Shown piece after piece: positions 1-9,794 of a stretch of 32,000 bases of DNA. Position numbers and translations under genes: made by a program. The stretch comes from Candidatus Saccharimonadota bacterium (GTDB lineage Bacteria > Pseudomonadota > Gammaproteobacteria > Johnevansiales > Johnevansiaceae): contig NC_018677.1 of NCBI RefSeq assembly GCF_000300075.1, positions 210,001-242,000 on the forward strand. Reading direction: 5' to 3'. Position 1 is the stretch's first letter. Every line of letters begins with the position of its first letter. The notes below the pieces were generated by a model. It worked only from the letters and a program-made list of their open reading frames with translations. It was not told where the DNA came from and searched no databases.

Positions 1-556
1 AAATTTTACTATTTTAAGCATTGACAAATTCCCTCAAATGACAGATTATATTGTACCAAATAATGTAAGAATAGCAGAACCATCAAGGATACGTTTAGGT
101 GCTTACTTAGGTGAAGGTACCACAATTATGCATGAAGGATTTTGTAATTTTAATGCAGGAACAATGGGAACTTGTATGATAGAAGGACGTATTTCTTCTG
201 GCGTCTTTATAAATAAAAATTCTGATTTAGGAGGGGGTTCTTCAATTTTAGGAACATTGTCAGGAGGAGGTAAGCTTGTAATATCACTGGGTAAAAATTG
301 TTTAATAGGAGCTAATGCTGGATGTGGTATACCTTTGGGTAATAGCTGTATTATTGAAGCAGGATTATATATAACGGCAAGTTCTAAAGTATCAGTTTTA
401 AATAGAAAAAACATACTTATTAAAATAGTAAAAGCAAAGGTATTAGCGTATAAAAACAATTTGTTATTTTTAAGAAACTCAGTTACAGGAGCGATAGAAT
501 GTCGTATAAATAAAAAAGTAATCAAACTTAATAAAGAGTTACATAAACTTTTTTAA
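1..556 (+). CDS. dapD: Tetrahydrodipicolinate N-succinyltransferase (DapD), 5' end outside the window
   Basis: The frame is open from nt 2 (NFTILSIDKFPQ before the first ATG at 38). DKFPQMTDYIVP...RLGAYLGEGTTIMHEGFCNFNAGT...EGRISSGVF...DLGGGSSILGTLSGGG...LIGANAG matches my recollection of E. coli DapD from its DKFPKMTDYVVP segment to the C-terminus, with the hexapeptide-repeat pattern. Stop TAA at 554-556. Confidence 0.9.
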   Translation, partial: NFTILSIDKFPQMTDYIVPNNVRIAEPSRIRLGAYLGEGTTIMHEGFCNFNAGTMGTCMIEGRISSGVFINKNSDLGGGSSILGTLSGGGKLVISLGKNCLIGANAGCGIPLGNSCIIEAGLYITASSKVSVLNRKNILIKIVKAKVLAYKNNLLFLRNSVTGAIECRINKKVIKLNKELHKLF

Positions 557-557
557 A

Positions 558-1712
558 ATGTATTATCTTTTAAAACTAGTATTAAATTTACTTTCAAAAA
601 ACTCTATTACACCTAATGACAAAGGATGTCAATATTTGCTTAGTAATATATTTAAACGTTTATGTTTTCGTGTAGAAGTTTTTAATAAAAAAGGAGTTCA
701 TAATTTATGGGTTACAAACGGATTTTGTAAAAAAACATTGTTATTTGTTGGTCATACAGATGTAGTTCCTTCAGGCCCAATTAAAGCATGGGAAATTAAC
801 CCGTTTTTACCTTATTTAAATAATAGAGGATATATTATATCACGTGGAATTGTCGATATGAAAGGTAGTTTATGTTCAATGATAAAAGCAACATGTAATT
901 TTATAAAATTATATCCAAAATCTAAAGAGAAAATAGCTTTTTTAATAACAAGTGATGAAGAAGGTGATGGAAATTATGGTACTAAATATGTTATAAATAA
1001 GTTAATAAAAAGAAATGAAATAATAAATTATTGTATTATCGGTGAGCCTACTAGTAAATCAAATACAGGTGATACTCTTAAAATAGGTAGACGAGGTTCA
1101 TTAAATGCCAAAATAATAATATACGGTATTCAAGGACATATAGCGTATACAAAACAATTGCTAAATCCAATACATATATTAATTAATATAATACATTATT
1201 TATTAAAAATTAGATGGGATAAAGGTAATAAATATTTTTCTAAAACCAGTTTTCAAATATCCAACTTCATTGCAGGATTAGGTGTAAGTAATATGTTACC
1301 TAAATACGCAAAAGTATTATGTAATTTTAGATTTTCAAATGAACTTACAGTTAATAAAATTAAAACCAAAGTAAGTAACATATTTTTACTGTTTAATTTA
1401 AACAAAAAAAAAGATTTTAAAATCAATTGGTATCTATCTGGAGAACCATACCTAACAAAAAAAGGTACTTTGTTAAATGCTGTAATTTTTGGAATTAATT
1501 ATATGTGCAAAATACAACCAAAAAAAAATACAAATGGTGGCATATCAGATGGTAGATTTGTCAAAAATCTTTGTAAACAAATAATTGAGTTAGGCTTAAT
1601 AAATGCCACTATACATAAAATAAATGAATGTGTTTGCGTTTCTGATATTATACTATTAACAAAACTGTATCAACTTATCATTGAATATTTGTTTATTTAT
1701 AAATTTAAATAA
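558..1712 (+). CDS. dapE: Succinyl-diaminopimelate desuccinylase (DapE, M20 peptidase)
   Basis: 384-aa ORF with the M20 metal-ligand motifs in order: VGHTDVVP, RGIVDMKG, ITSDEEGDG, IIGEPTS and a C-terminal ATIHKINE. It starts 1 nt after the dapD stop. Confidence 0.9.
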   Translation: MYYLLKLVLNLLSKNSITPNDKGCQYLLSNIFKRLCFRVEVFNKKGVHNLWVTNGFCKKTLLFVGHTDVVPSGPIKAWEINPFLPYLNNRGYIISRGIVDMKGSLCSMIKATCNFIKLYPKSKEKIAFLITSDEEGDGNYGTKYVINKLIKRNEIINYCIIGEPTSKSNTGDTLKIGRRGSLNAKIIIYGIQGHIAYTKQLLNPIHILINIIHYLLKIRWDKGNKYFSKTSFQISNFIAGLGVSNMLPKYAKVLCNFRFSNELTVNKIKTKVSNIFLLFNLNKKKDFKINWYLSGEPYLTKKGTLLNAVIFGINYMCKIQPKKNTNGGISDGRFVKNLCKQIIELGLINATIHKINECVCVSDIILLTKLYQLIIEYLFIYKFK

Positions 1713-1714
1713 GA

Positions 1715-1787
1715 TGGAGCCAAGGAGGCTTGAACTCCTAACCTCCTACATGCAAAGCAGGCGTTCTTCCAATTGAACTATGGCCCC
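1715..1787 (-). tRNA. tRNA-Ala (anticodon UGC), no encoded CCA
   Basis: The reverse complement reads GGGGCCATAGTTCAATTGGAAGAACGCCTGCTTTGCATGTAGGAGGTTAGGAGTTCAAGCCTCCTTGGCTCCA. I folded it by hand into a cloverleaf: 7-bp acceptor stem with the G3:U70 alanine identity pair, anticodon loop TTTGCAT (UGC), T-loop TTCAAGC and discriminator A. Confidence 0.9.
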
Positions 1788-3463
1788 AATAAGTTTATTA
1801 TAGCAAATTTTGTATTTCCTATTTGTAACAAATAGTTTTTATTAAGTAATATATTATAATTTGAATTAATTGTTATATTATTAATTCTTAGTTTCTTATT
1901 TTTCAATAAGTCTTTTGCTTGTGAGTTATTTTTAACTAAGCCTAATTTATTTAATATATATATTATTGGAGCTTTTTTAACTGTATTGATTATTATTTTT
2001 AGCTTAGGAATATTTATAGGGACGTAATTATTAGTAACTTTATTTCCTATAAAGTTTGATGCTTTTTTTGCTATTTGTTTTTTATAACAATATGTTATTA
2101 ATTCAATCGCTAATTTACGTTTTAGTTCTCGTGGTTTAGGTTTTATTCTCAGATTATTATGTATGTGTTTGTTAGTTGTTTTGATATTAGAAGTGTGAGT
2201 GTATTTATTAAAAATTCCATTTTGGTTAATATGTTTGTATGTATTTTTATGTATGTCTGCGTTTTTATTTGATTGTATATATGCGTCTGTATATATGTCT
2301 TTATGTTTTTTTATAATTGTATCTGCATTTGTATATGTTTTTTTTCTTGGTTTTTTGTTTGAATATGAATTATGTTGGTATTTGTTTTTTGTTTTTATGT
2401 AGATTTGTTGTTTAATATTGCTTGCATCATACATTTTAAATTGTGATTCTTTTTTTGTTTTAATTATTTCTTTATTTTTTATTTGTTTAGTTGTATTTGT
2501 TTTGTTGTGTTTTGTTTTAAGTAATTTATGATTTTTGATGTATTGGTGTTTAATTTTAATAGATTTATGTTTTCTGTTAATTGCTTTAAGACAAAGGTTG
2601 TATCTGTGTTTAAGTAAAATAGAGTAATGATTTTGGATGTGTTTGGGTTTTTGTTTTGGTTTTGTTTTAATAGATAATAAAGTTAAATATTTATAAATTA
2701 AATTATCATTAATAGAAAAAAGTTGTCTATACATATCTCCTGGTTTATCTTTGTAATTTATACAATTATTTAGAGATTTAGACATTTTGTGTTCGCCATC
2801 AGATCCTTCAAGAATAGGCATAGTGAGTATATTTTGAGGCTCTTGATTAAAAATCTTTTGCAATTCTCTTCCTATTAAAAGATTAAACAATTGATCATTA
2901 CCTCCTATTTCTATATCTGCTTTAAGAACTACTGAGTCATAAGCTTGTATTACGGGGTATATAAATTCATGCATTGAAATATTATAACCACTTTTATATC
3001 TTGTATTAAAATCATTTCTCTCTAACAATTTATATATTGTTATTTTGGAAAAAATATTAAGAAGCCTAAATAAAGATATTCTTTTTAACCACTCTGAATT
3101 AAATAAAACTTTCAACTTTTTAGGATCTAATAATTGACGAATTTGTTGTTTACATTTTATTGCGTTTATTTTAGTTTGTGCTTTAGTCAAAATATTTCTT
3201 GTTGCATTTTTTCCTGTTGGATCACCTATGATTCCCGTAAAATCACCTAAAAGAAACAATATATTATGGCCTAATTGTTGTAATAGTTTTAATTTTTTTA
3301 TCAAAACAAAATGACCTAAATGTAAATTAGGAGTAGTAGGGTCTATACCTATTTTAATATTTAATATTTTTTTTGATTTAATTTGCTTTTTAAATAGTTT
3401 TTCAATTAAAAATTTGTTTGTATTAAATTTAATTTGTTTTAAAATTACGTTTATAGTATTCAT
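1778..3463 (-). CDS. tyrS: Tyrosine--tRNA ligase (KMSKS-type, TyrZ-like) with a large internal low-complexity insertion
   Basis: HIGH motif (PNLHLGH), GDFTGIIGDPTGK, GGNDQLFN, KMSKS (GEHKMSKS), a helical-domain motif (PRELKRKLAIELI) and a C-terminal S4-like domain. It is 561 aa, versus about 400 aa for this subfamily as I recall. The TAG stop at 1778-1780 lies inside the tRNA-Ala gene. Confidence 0.85.
   Translation of the reverse strand: MNTINVILKQIKFNTNKFLIEKLFKKQIKSKKILNIKIGIDPTTPNLHLGHFVLIKKLKLLQQLGHNILFLLGDFTGIIGDPTGKNATRNILTKAQTKINAIKCKQQIRQLLDPKKLKVLFNSEWLKRISLFRLLNIFSKITIYKLLERNDFNTRYKSGYNISMHEFIYPVIQAYDSVVLKADIEIGGNDQLFNLLIGRELQKIFNQEPQNILTMPILEGSDGEHKMSKSLNNCINYKDKPGDMYRQLFSINDNLIYKYLTLLSIKTKPKQKPKHIQNHYSILLKHRYNLCLKAINRKHKSIKIKHQYIKNHKLLKTKHNKTNTTKQIKNKEIIKTKKESQFKMYDASNIKQQIYIKTKNKYQHNSYSNKKPRKKTYTNADTIIKKHKDIYTDAYIQSNKNADIHKNTYKHINQNGIFNKYTHTSNIKTTNKHIHNNLRIKPKPRELKRKLAIELITYCYKKQIAKKASNFIGNKVTNNYVPINIPKLKIIINTVKKAPIIYILNKLGLVKNNSQAKDLLKNKKLRINNITINSNYNILLNKNYLLQIGNTKFAIINLLGP
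2140..2670 (-). other. In-frame G-depleted (sense strand) K/N/T/H/Q/I/Y-rich expansion segment inside tyrS
   Basis: The protein stretch IKTKPKQKPKHIQNH...NKHIHNNLRIKPK lies between the conserved LTLLS and PRELKRKLA blocks. The + strand here is T/G-rich and C-poor, which is the same composition as the intergenic spacers. Boundaries are approximate. Confidence 0.7.
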
Positions 3464-3508
3464 AATAATTATGTTTAAACTTAAATATATGTATGGGGTA
3501 TAAACTAA

Positions 3509-4090
3509 ATGGAAAATATTGGATTATCTTTAATAAATACATTAATTAATTTATATACATTTATGTTAATGTTACGTTTTGCTTTACATATTTCATATGT
3601 AGATAATAAAAATCCTATAACTCAAAACATAAGAAAACTTACATCGGTTATGGTAAATCCAGTAAAGAAATGTATTAAATCTATTGGATGTTTTGAATTA
3701 GCAACATTTGTTTCAGCAATTTTCATTAAAACATTTTCTATTACTATAATTTATTTATTGTATCTAAATAACATACCACCAATAATCAATTTATTTATTG
3801 GTTCGTTTGCTAGCGTGTTAAATATCTTAAGCAGATTGTATTTTTTTTCTTTAATCATAATGACTATTCTTAATTGGATGGTAAATAAGTCAGAGCACCC
3901 GGGTTCAAAGTTAATAATACAAATAACAGCACCTATAATGGTTTTTTTTAAAAGTTTTATTCCTCCTATAGGCATTATAGATATTACGCCTATAGCTGCT
4001 TTTATATTTATAAATTTAATAGATAATATAATTATTTGCCCATTAATAAATTTTGCTTCGTTACCATCATCTATTTTAGTTGGTTATTAA
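3509..4090 (+). CDS. yggT: YggT-family integral membrane protein
   Basis: 193-aa hydrophobic ORF with a two-repeat architecture. It resembles my recollection of E. coli YggT: LYTFMLMLRFAL...NP near the N-terminus, and PIGIIDITPI compared with GGIDFSP in the second repeat. Confidence 0.75.
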   Translation: MENIGLSLINTLINLYTFMLMLRFALHISYVDNKNPITQNIRKLTSVMVNPVKKCIKSIGCFELATFVSAIFIKTFSITIIYLLYLNNIPPIINLFIGSFASVLNILSRLYFFSLIIMTILNWMVNKSEHPGSKLIIQITAPIMVFFKSFIPPIGIIDITPIAAFIFINLIDNIIICPLINFASLPSSILVGY

Positions 4091-4141
4091 AAATATAATT
4101 ATATAATATAATAAAAAAAAAATAAGGCATAAATAAAAATT

Positions 4142-4951
4142 ATGATAAAAATAATTGTTTTAGGATCTATGGGTCGTATTGTAAAATTATTAATTAAAAC
4201 GATAAAAAAAGATAAAAACATAAAGTTAGTAGGTGCCGTAATAAATCCAAACCATAAATTAATTGGAATAGATATTGGAGAAATAATAGGGTTAGGTAAA
4301 ATAAATATAAAACCAGTTGGCAATATAAACGATGTAAAAACTAATTTTGATACAATAATAGATTTTACTAATCCAAAAATAACTTTACAAAATTTAGAAT
4401 ATTGCTCTAAAAGTTTTAAAACAAATAGTAATTGGTACAACAGTTTAAAAAACAAAACAAAAAAATAAAATTATTTAAAGATAAAGTACCTTTTTGTGTT
4501 AACAGCTAATATGAATATTTGTGATAATGTTGTATAAAAATAAAGAAAAAGTATGACAAAAAAACTAAAAAAAAAAGATTTTGATATAGACATTATTGAA
4601 TATCATCATCGTAATAAGATAGATTATCCTTATGGTACAGCATTAAGTATAGGTAAACAAATAGCAAAACTTATAGGCTACAAATTAAATACTATTAAAG
4701 TTTAAAACAAAACAGGTCCACGTATAAAAAATACAATAGGATATTCAATTATTAGAGCTGGAGAAATAATAGGAGAGCATAAAATACTGTTTACTTCAAA
4801 ATCTGGTGAAGTAATTGAGATTAATCATAAAGTAACTAATAGACTAGTATTGGCTTATGGAGCATTACTTGCAGCAAAATGGATAAAAAACAAAAAAAAT
4901 GGGTTTTATAATATGCAAGATGTACTTAAAGAGGAAAATAAATTTGTATAA
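4142..4951 (+). pseudogene. dapB: Dihydrodipicolinate reductase (dapB) pseudogene
   Basis: A DapB-like N-terminus (MIKIIVLGSMGRIV...IIDFTNP) runs to about 4430. The IVIGTT block is then in another frame, and 4440-4552 has several frameshifts and stops. A C-terminal block from 4553 (DIDIIEYHHRNKIDYPYGTA...IGYSIIRAGEIIGEHKILF...INHKV) is interrupted by an in-frame TAA at 4703-4705 and ends at TAA 4949-4951. The position directly upstream of carA matches the canonical dapB-carAB order. Confidence 0.85.
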
Positions 4952-6026
4952 ATTAGCTTTATTAGCATTAGAGGATGGGAGTATTTATAAAGGTATTTCT
5001 ATAGGTTATTGTGGCAACACTTCAGGTGAAGTGATATTTAATACTTCAATTACAGGATATCAAGAGATTATAACGGATCCTTCTTATATTAAACAAATCG
5101 TAAACTTTACGAATCCTCATGTAGGAAATACAGGCATAAACAACGAAGATATAGAATATAAAAAAATTTGTGTGTCTGGTTTAATATTAAATTGTATGCC
5201 TAATGTAATAATCAGTAATGATCGCAGTAATTGTTCTTTAATCGAATATTTAAAAACTCAAAAAATTGTTTGTATAGCAAACATTGATACAAGAACTTTA
5301 ACAATACATTTAAGAGATAAAGGTATACAACAGGGAGCTATTATAACAGTAAAAAATATAAATAATAAAAATATAAAACTAGCAAAAAAGTTAGCACGGA
5401 AAAAGATAAAGTTCAAAACTATACAGTTAAATTACAGAACAAAAAAATATAATTATAAAATTTATAAATTTCATATTGTTGTTTATGATTTTGGTACAAA
5501 ATATAATATAATAAGGATATTAAAACAATTAGGATGTTGCATTACCATCATCTCATATAAAACTTCATTTAAAGAAATTATATCTATGAAACCAACCGGA
5601 GTTTTATTATCTAATGGACCAGGTAATCCTGAGGATTATAAGGAATCTTTAAATACCATAAAACAATTGTGTACTAATAAAATTCCTTTATTTGGTATTT
5701 GTTTAGGACATCAATTATTGGCTTTGGCTAGTGGGGCAAAAACAAAAAAAATGAATTTTGGTCATCACGGTTCAAATCATCCAATATTAGATATTAAAAC
5801 TGGAAAAATATTTATTACCAGTCAAAACCATTGTTTTGTTGTTGATGAATATAGCTTACCAAAGACAATAAAAATTACTCATAGATCTATATTTGATGGC
5901 ACGTTACAAGGACTAGAAAGAACAGATTGTCCTGCTTTAAGTTTTCAAGGGCATCCTGAAGCAAATCCAGGACCACAGGATGCAAATTTATTGTTTTATC
6001 GGTTTATCAAAAAATTAAATAGTTAA
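4944..6026 (+). CDS. carA: Carbamoyl-phosphate synthase small (glutaminase) subunit
   Basis: It carries the GATase motifs GICLGHQLL and the HPE-containing FQGHPEA. A TTG start at 4944 gives (M)[16 protein letters not shown], parallel to E. coli MIKSALLVLEDG, and is preceded by AAGAGGA at 4929-4935. In-frame ATGs at 4920 and 4899 are alternatives but would overlap the dapB remnant. Confidence 0.9.
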   Translation: MYKLALLALEDGSIYKGISIGYCGNTSGEVIFNTSITGYQEIITDPSYIKQIVNFTNPHVGNTGINNEDIEYKKICVSGLILNCMPNVIISNDRSNCSLIEYLKTQKIVCIANIDTRTLTIHLRDKGIQQGAIITVKNINNKNIKLAKKLARKKIKFKTIQLNYRTKKYNYKIYKFHIVVYDFGTKYNIIRILKQLGCCITIISYKTSFKEIISMKPTGVLLSNGPGNPEDYKESLNTIKQLCTNKIPLFGICLGHQLLALASGAKTKKMNFGHHGSNHPILDIKTGKIFITSQNHCFVVDEYSLPKTIKITHRSIFDGTLQGLERTDCPALSFQGHPEANPGPQDANLLFYRFIKKLNS

Positions 6027-6040
6027 TGGAAGAGTTAATT

Positions 6041-9000
6041 ATGCAAAAATATATACATATAAAAAAAGTATTAATTATTGGATCAGGACCTATTATTATT
6101 GGCCAGGCATGTGAATTTGATTATTCTGGTGTACAAGCATGCAAAGCTTTAAGAGAAGAAGGCATATATGTTATATTAGTTAATTCAAATCCAGCTACAA
6201 TAATGACTGATCCGCAAATAGCTAATTCAACATATATAGAACCAATAAATTGGAAAATTTTATCTAAAATAATTGAAAAAGAAAGGCCAGATGCATTATT
6301 GGCAACAATGGGGGGACAAACAGCTTTAAATTGTGCATTAGATTTATGTAAATATGGTATATTAAAAAAATTTAATGTTAAACTTATTGGCGTTAATATC
6401 TCATCAATAAAAAAGGCTGAAAATCGTAAAAAGTTTATTACGTTAATGAATACGATTGGGCTTGAAAGTCCTAAATCTGTAATAATTAGATGTATAAAAG
6501 ATATTTATGGAATAAAAAAAAAGATAGGTTTTCCTTGCATTATACGTCCTTCTTATACTATGGGGGGGTTGGGTGGTGGTATAGCAAAAGATTTTGAGGA
6601 ATTAAAAGAAATTTGTATTAGAGGTTTAAATATAGCCCCTACTTCAGAATTATTAATAGATGAATATTTAAATGGTTGGAAAGAGTATGAATTGGAGTTA
6701 CTACGTGATAAAAAAGGTAATTGCATTATTATATGTTCAATAGAAAATGTTGATGCACTAGGTGTACATACAGGGGATTCAATAACAGTAGCACCTGCAC
6801 AAACTTTAACTGATAAACAATATCAAATAATGCGTAATGCTTCTCTTACTATTTTGAAAACAATTGGAATAGATAGTGGCGGTTCAAATGTCCAGTTTGG
6901 TGTAAATCAAAAATCTGGAAAAATGGTAGTAATAGAAATGAATCCTAGAGTTTCTAGATCATCTGCTTTAGCGTCTAAAGCTACAGGTTTTCCTATAGCT
7001 AAAGTAGCAGCAAAATTAGCAATAGGTTATACTTTAGATGAATTAAAAAATGATATAGGTAACATACCGGCTTCGTTTGAACCTACTATAGATTATGTAG
7101 TTACAAAAATACCTAGTTTTAATTTTGAAAAATTTCCTAAAGCAAATGATAGGTTAACAACAGAAATGAAATCTGTTGGTGAAGTAATGGGTATAGGAAG
7201 AAGTTTTAAAGAATCTTTACAAAAAGCAATACGTAGCTTAGATATAGGAATAAATGGTTTTGATAACAAAATAGTAAAGTTAAATAATACCTCTTTGAAT
7301 AAAATAAAAAAGGAACTAATAAATCCAGGATATGAACGTATTTTTTATATTGCAGATGCTTTAAGGGCGGGATTAACAACAAAAGAAGTTTTAAAGTATA
7401 CAAAAATAGATATTTGGTTTATAAATCAAATAAAAGAATTAATAAATATAGAAAATATTTTTTTAAATAAAACTATAACGAATATTACTTATGAAAATTT
7501 ATATTTATTAAAAAAACAAGGCTTTAGTGATCAGAGAATTGCTGATTTATTAAAAGTTAAAGAAAAAACAATTAGAGATTTACGGAACAAGTTTAAGATA
7601 CATCCAGTATATAAAAGAGTTGATACTTGTTCTGCAGAATTTACTACTTCAACGGCTTATATGTATTCTACTTATGAAAATGAATGTGAAGCAAAAATTA
7701 CAAATACTTCGGATAAAATCATTATCATAGGTAGTGGCCCTAATAAAATAGGACAAGGTATTGAGTTTGATTATTGTTGTGTACAAGCAGCTATTGCTTT
7801 AAGAGAGTGTGGTTATGAAACTATAATGATAAATTGTAATCCAGAAACAGTTTCTACCGATTATGATATAAGTGATAGATTGTATTTTGAACCAATAACT
7901 GTAGAAGATTTATTAGAAATAATAAGAAAAGAAAATCCGAAAGGAGTAATTATTCAGTTTGGTGGTCAAACTCCTTTAAAAATAATTAAAAATATAACAA
8001 AAAAAGAAATACCTATCATTGGAACAAAGAAAACAGCAATAGATATAGCTGAAGATAGAGAAAAATTTAAAAAGTTACTAAAAAAACTTAAGTTATTACA
8101 GCCTGTAAACGAAATTGCTTTTAATATAGAAGAGGCTTTAATTAAAGCTAAAAATATAGGTTATCCTTTGATTGTTCGTCCTTCTTATGTTATCGGCGGT
8201 AGAGCAATGGAAATTGCTTATAATGTAACAGAATTAAAGAAATATATAAAAAAAGCATTGAAAATCTCAAATAACAATTCTATTTTATTGGATAAATATA
8301 TAAACAAAGCAATAGAAATAGATATTGACGCGGTATCAGATGGTAAAGAAGTTATAATTTGTGGAATTATGCAACATATAGAGCAAGCAGGTATACATTC
8401 AGGAGATTCGGCTTGTTCTTTACCGCCTTTTAGTTTAGATATACATCTTCAAAATGTAATAAAAACACAAATAAAAAAAATTGCTATTGAATTAAAAGTT
8501 GTAGGATTGATGAATTGTCAATTAGCATGTAAAAACAATAAAGTTTATATTTTAGAAGTCAATCCTAGAGCTTCACGAACTATACCGTTTGTTTCAAAAT
8601 GTATTGGTTTTTCTTTAGCTAAAATAGCTGCAACTTGTATGATAGGTAACTCTTTAAATAATCACAATTTGTTAAAGAAAATAAAACCTAAAATTTTTTG
8701 TGTAAAAGAAGCTGTATTGCCTTTTAATAAATTTATAGGTGTAGATCCGGTTTTATCTCCAGAAATGAAATCCACTGGTGAAGTAATGGGTATAGGAAGT
8801 AATTTTAGTGAAGCATTTTATAAAGCACAAATTAGCATAGGAATGCCTATTATTAAAATAACAAATAATAAACAACTTATTGCTTTAATTTCAGTTTCTA
8901 AGAAAGATAAAAATAAAATCTCAAAAATAGCAAAAAATTTAATTAGCTTAGGTTTTAACTTATTAGCTACGGTGGGTACAGCTAAAGTTTTATTAAAACA

Positions 9001-9265
9001 TGGCTTTAATGTTAAAATCATTAGCAAACAAAATATTAGTTTGATTTTTAAGAAATACAAAATAACTTATGTAATAAACACAAAAAACAAAAAATATAAC
9101 TTAATAAATAAAAAATATATTATTCGCAATACTGCCATTATAAAAAAAGTACCATACACCACCACAATTGCAGGTGCATATGCTATATGTATGGCTTTAA
9201 AATACTGTAAAAAAATCAACAAAGTTAGAAAGATTCAAGACATGCATTTTGGAGTTGGTAAATGA
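6041..9265 (+). CDS. carB: Carbamoyl-phosphate synthase large subunit
   Basis: It has two ATP-grasp halves ([17 protein letters not shown] and [17 protein letters not shown]; [19 protein letters not shown] and [10 protein letters not shown]) plus a C-terminal MGS-like domain. ATG 6041 sits 6 nt after GGAAGAG and gives [16 protein letters not shown], the same spacing as E. coli MPKRTDIKSILILGAG. ATG 6026, overlapping the carA stop as TAATG, is the alternative start. Confidence 0.95.
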   Translation: MQKYIHIKKVLIIGSGPIIIGQACEFDYSGVQACKALREEGIYVILVNSNPATIMTDPQIANSTYIEPINWKILSKIIEKERPDALLATMGGQTALNCALDLCKYGILKKFNVKLIGVNISSIKKAENRKKFITLMNTIGLESPKSVIIRCIKDIYGIKKKIGFPCIIRPSYTMGGLGGGIAKDFEELKEICIRGLNIAPTSELLIDEYLNGWKEYELELLRDKKGNCIIICSIENVDALGVHTGDSITVAPAQTLTDKQYQIMRNASLTILKTIGIDSGGSNVQFGVNQKSGKMVVIEMNPRVSRSSALASKATGFPIAKVAAKLAIGYTLDELKNDIGNIPASFEPTIDYVVTKIPSFNFEKFPKANDRLTTEMKSVGEVMGIGRSFKESLQKAIRSLDIGINGFDNKIVKLNNTSLNKIKKELINPGYERIFYIADALRAGLTTKEVLKYTKIDIWFINQIKELINIENIFLNKTITNITYENLYLLKKQGFSDQRIADLLKVKEKTIRDLRNKFKIHPVYKRVDTCSAEFTTSTAYMYSTYENECEAKITNTSDKIIIIGSGPNKIGQGIEFDYCCVQAAIALRECGYETIMINCNPETVSTDYDISDRLYFEPITVEDLLEIIRKENPKGVIIQFGGQTPLKIIKNITKKEIPIIGTKKTAIDIAEDREKFKKLLKKLKLLQPVNEIAFNIEEALIKAKNIGYPLIVRPSYVIGGRAMEIAYNVTELKKYIKKALKISNNNSILLDKYINKAIEIDIDAVSDGKEVIICGIMQHIEQAGIHSGDSACSLPPFSLDIHLQNVIKTQIKKIAIELKVVGLMNCQLACKNNKVYILEVNPRASRTIPFVSKCIGFSLAKIAATCMIGNSLNNHNLLKKIKPKIFCVKEAVLPFNKFIGVDPVLSPEMKSTGEVMGIGSNFSEAFYKAQISIGMPIIKITNNKQLIALISVSKKDKNKISKIAKNLISLGFNLLATVGTAKVLLKHGFNVKIISKQNISLIFKKYKITYVINTKNKKYNLINKKYIIRNTAIIKKVPYTTTIAGAYAICMALKYCKKINKVRKIQDMHFGVGK

Positions 9266-9750
9266 TGGATTCAGCAAAAAAAATTCATATGACAAAAGAG
9301 GGTGAAAGACAATTAAAAAAAGAACTGAAGAAGTTAAAAACTATTGATAGAAAGAAAATCATAAAGGATATTTATGAAGCAAGAAAACATGGTGATTTAA
9401 AAGAAAACGCAGAATATCATTCTGCTATTGAACAACAATGTTTATTAGAAAGACGTATTAAAGAAATTGAAAACAAAATTGCTAACGCTCATGTAATAGA
9501 TATAACTAAAATATATCAAAATGGTAAAATAATATTTGGAACAACAGTTACTCTAGTCAATTTGCTTTATAAAAAAAAAATTAAATATAAAATCGTAGGA
9601 GAAGATGAAGCAAATATAAAAAAAAAGAAAATATCTATTACATCTCCAATAGCACGTGCTTTGATTGGAAAAAAAAGAGGTGATATTGTTACTGTAAATA
9701 CACCAGGTGGTGTTGTAAAATATGAAATTAATTTGATTGAATTTTTATAA
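9262..9750 (+). CDS. greA: Transcription elongation factor GreA
   Basis: 162 aa with [21 protein letters not shown] and a C-terminal [18 protein letters not shown] motif. Its start overlaps the carB stop (ATGA). Confidence 0.9.
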   Translation: MMDSAKKIHMTKEGERQLKKELKKLKTIDRKKIIKDIYEARKHGDLKENAEYHSAIEQQCLLERRIKEIENKIANAHVIDITKIYQNGKIIFGTTVTLVNLLYKKKIKYKIVGEDEANIKKKKISITSPIARALIGKKRGDIVTVNTPGGVVKYEINLIEFL

Positions 9751-9794
9751 AATATATTAATGTTAAATAACTTAATAAGTTTGTATTTTTATAT

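Noticed and set aside
4440-4580. Rescue of dapB by transcriptional slippage at its long poly-A runs, as described for some aphid and ant symbionts.
   Set aside because: The gene has several independent frame changes, an in-frame TAA at 4703-4705 far from any long homopolymer, and altered catalytic-site residues. Slippage at one tract could not restore a functional product.
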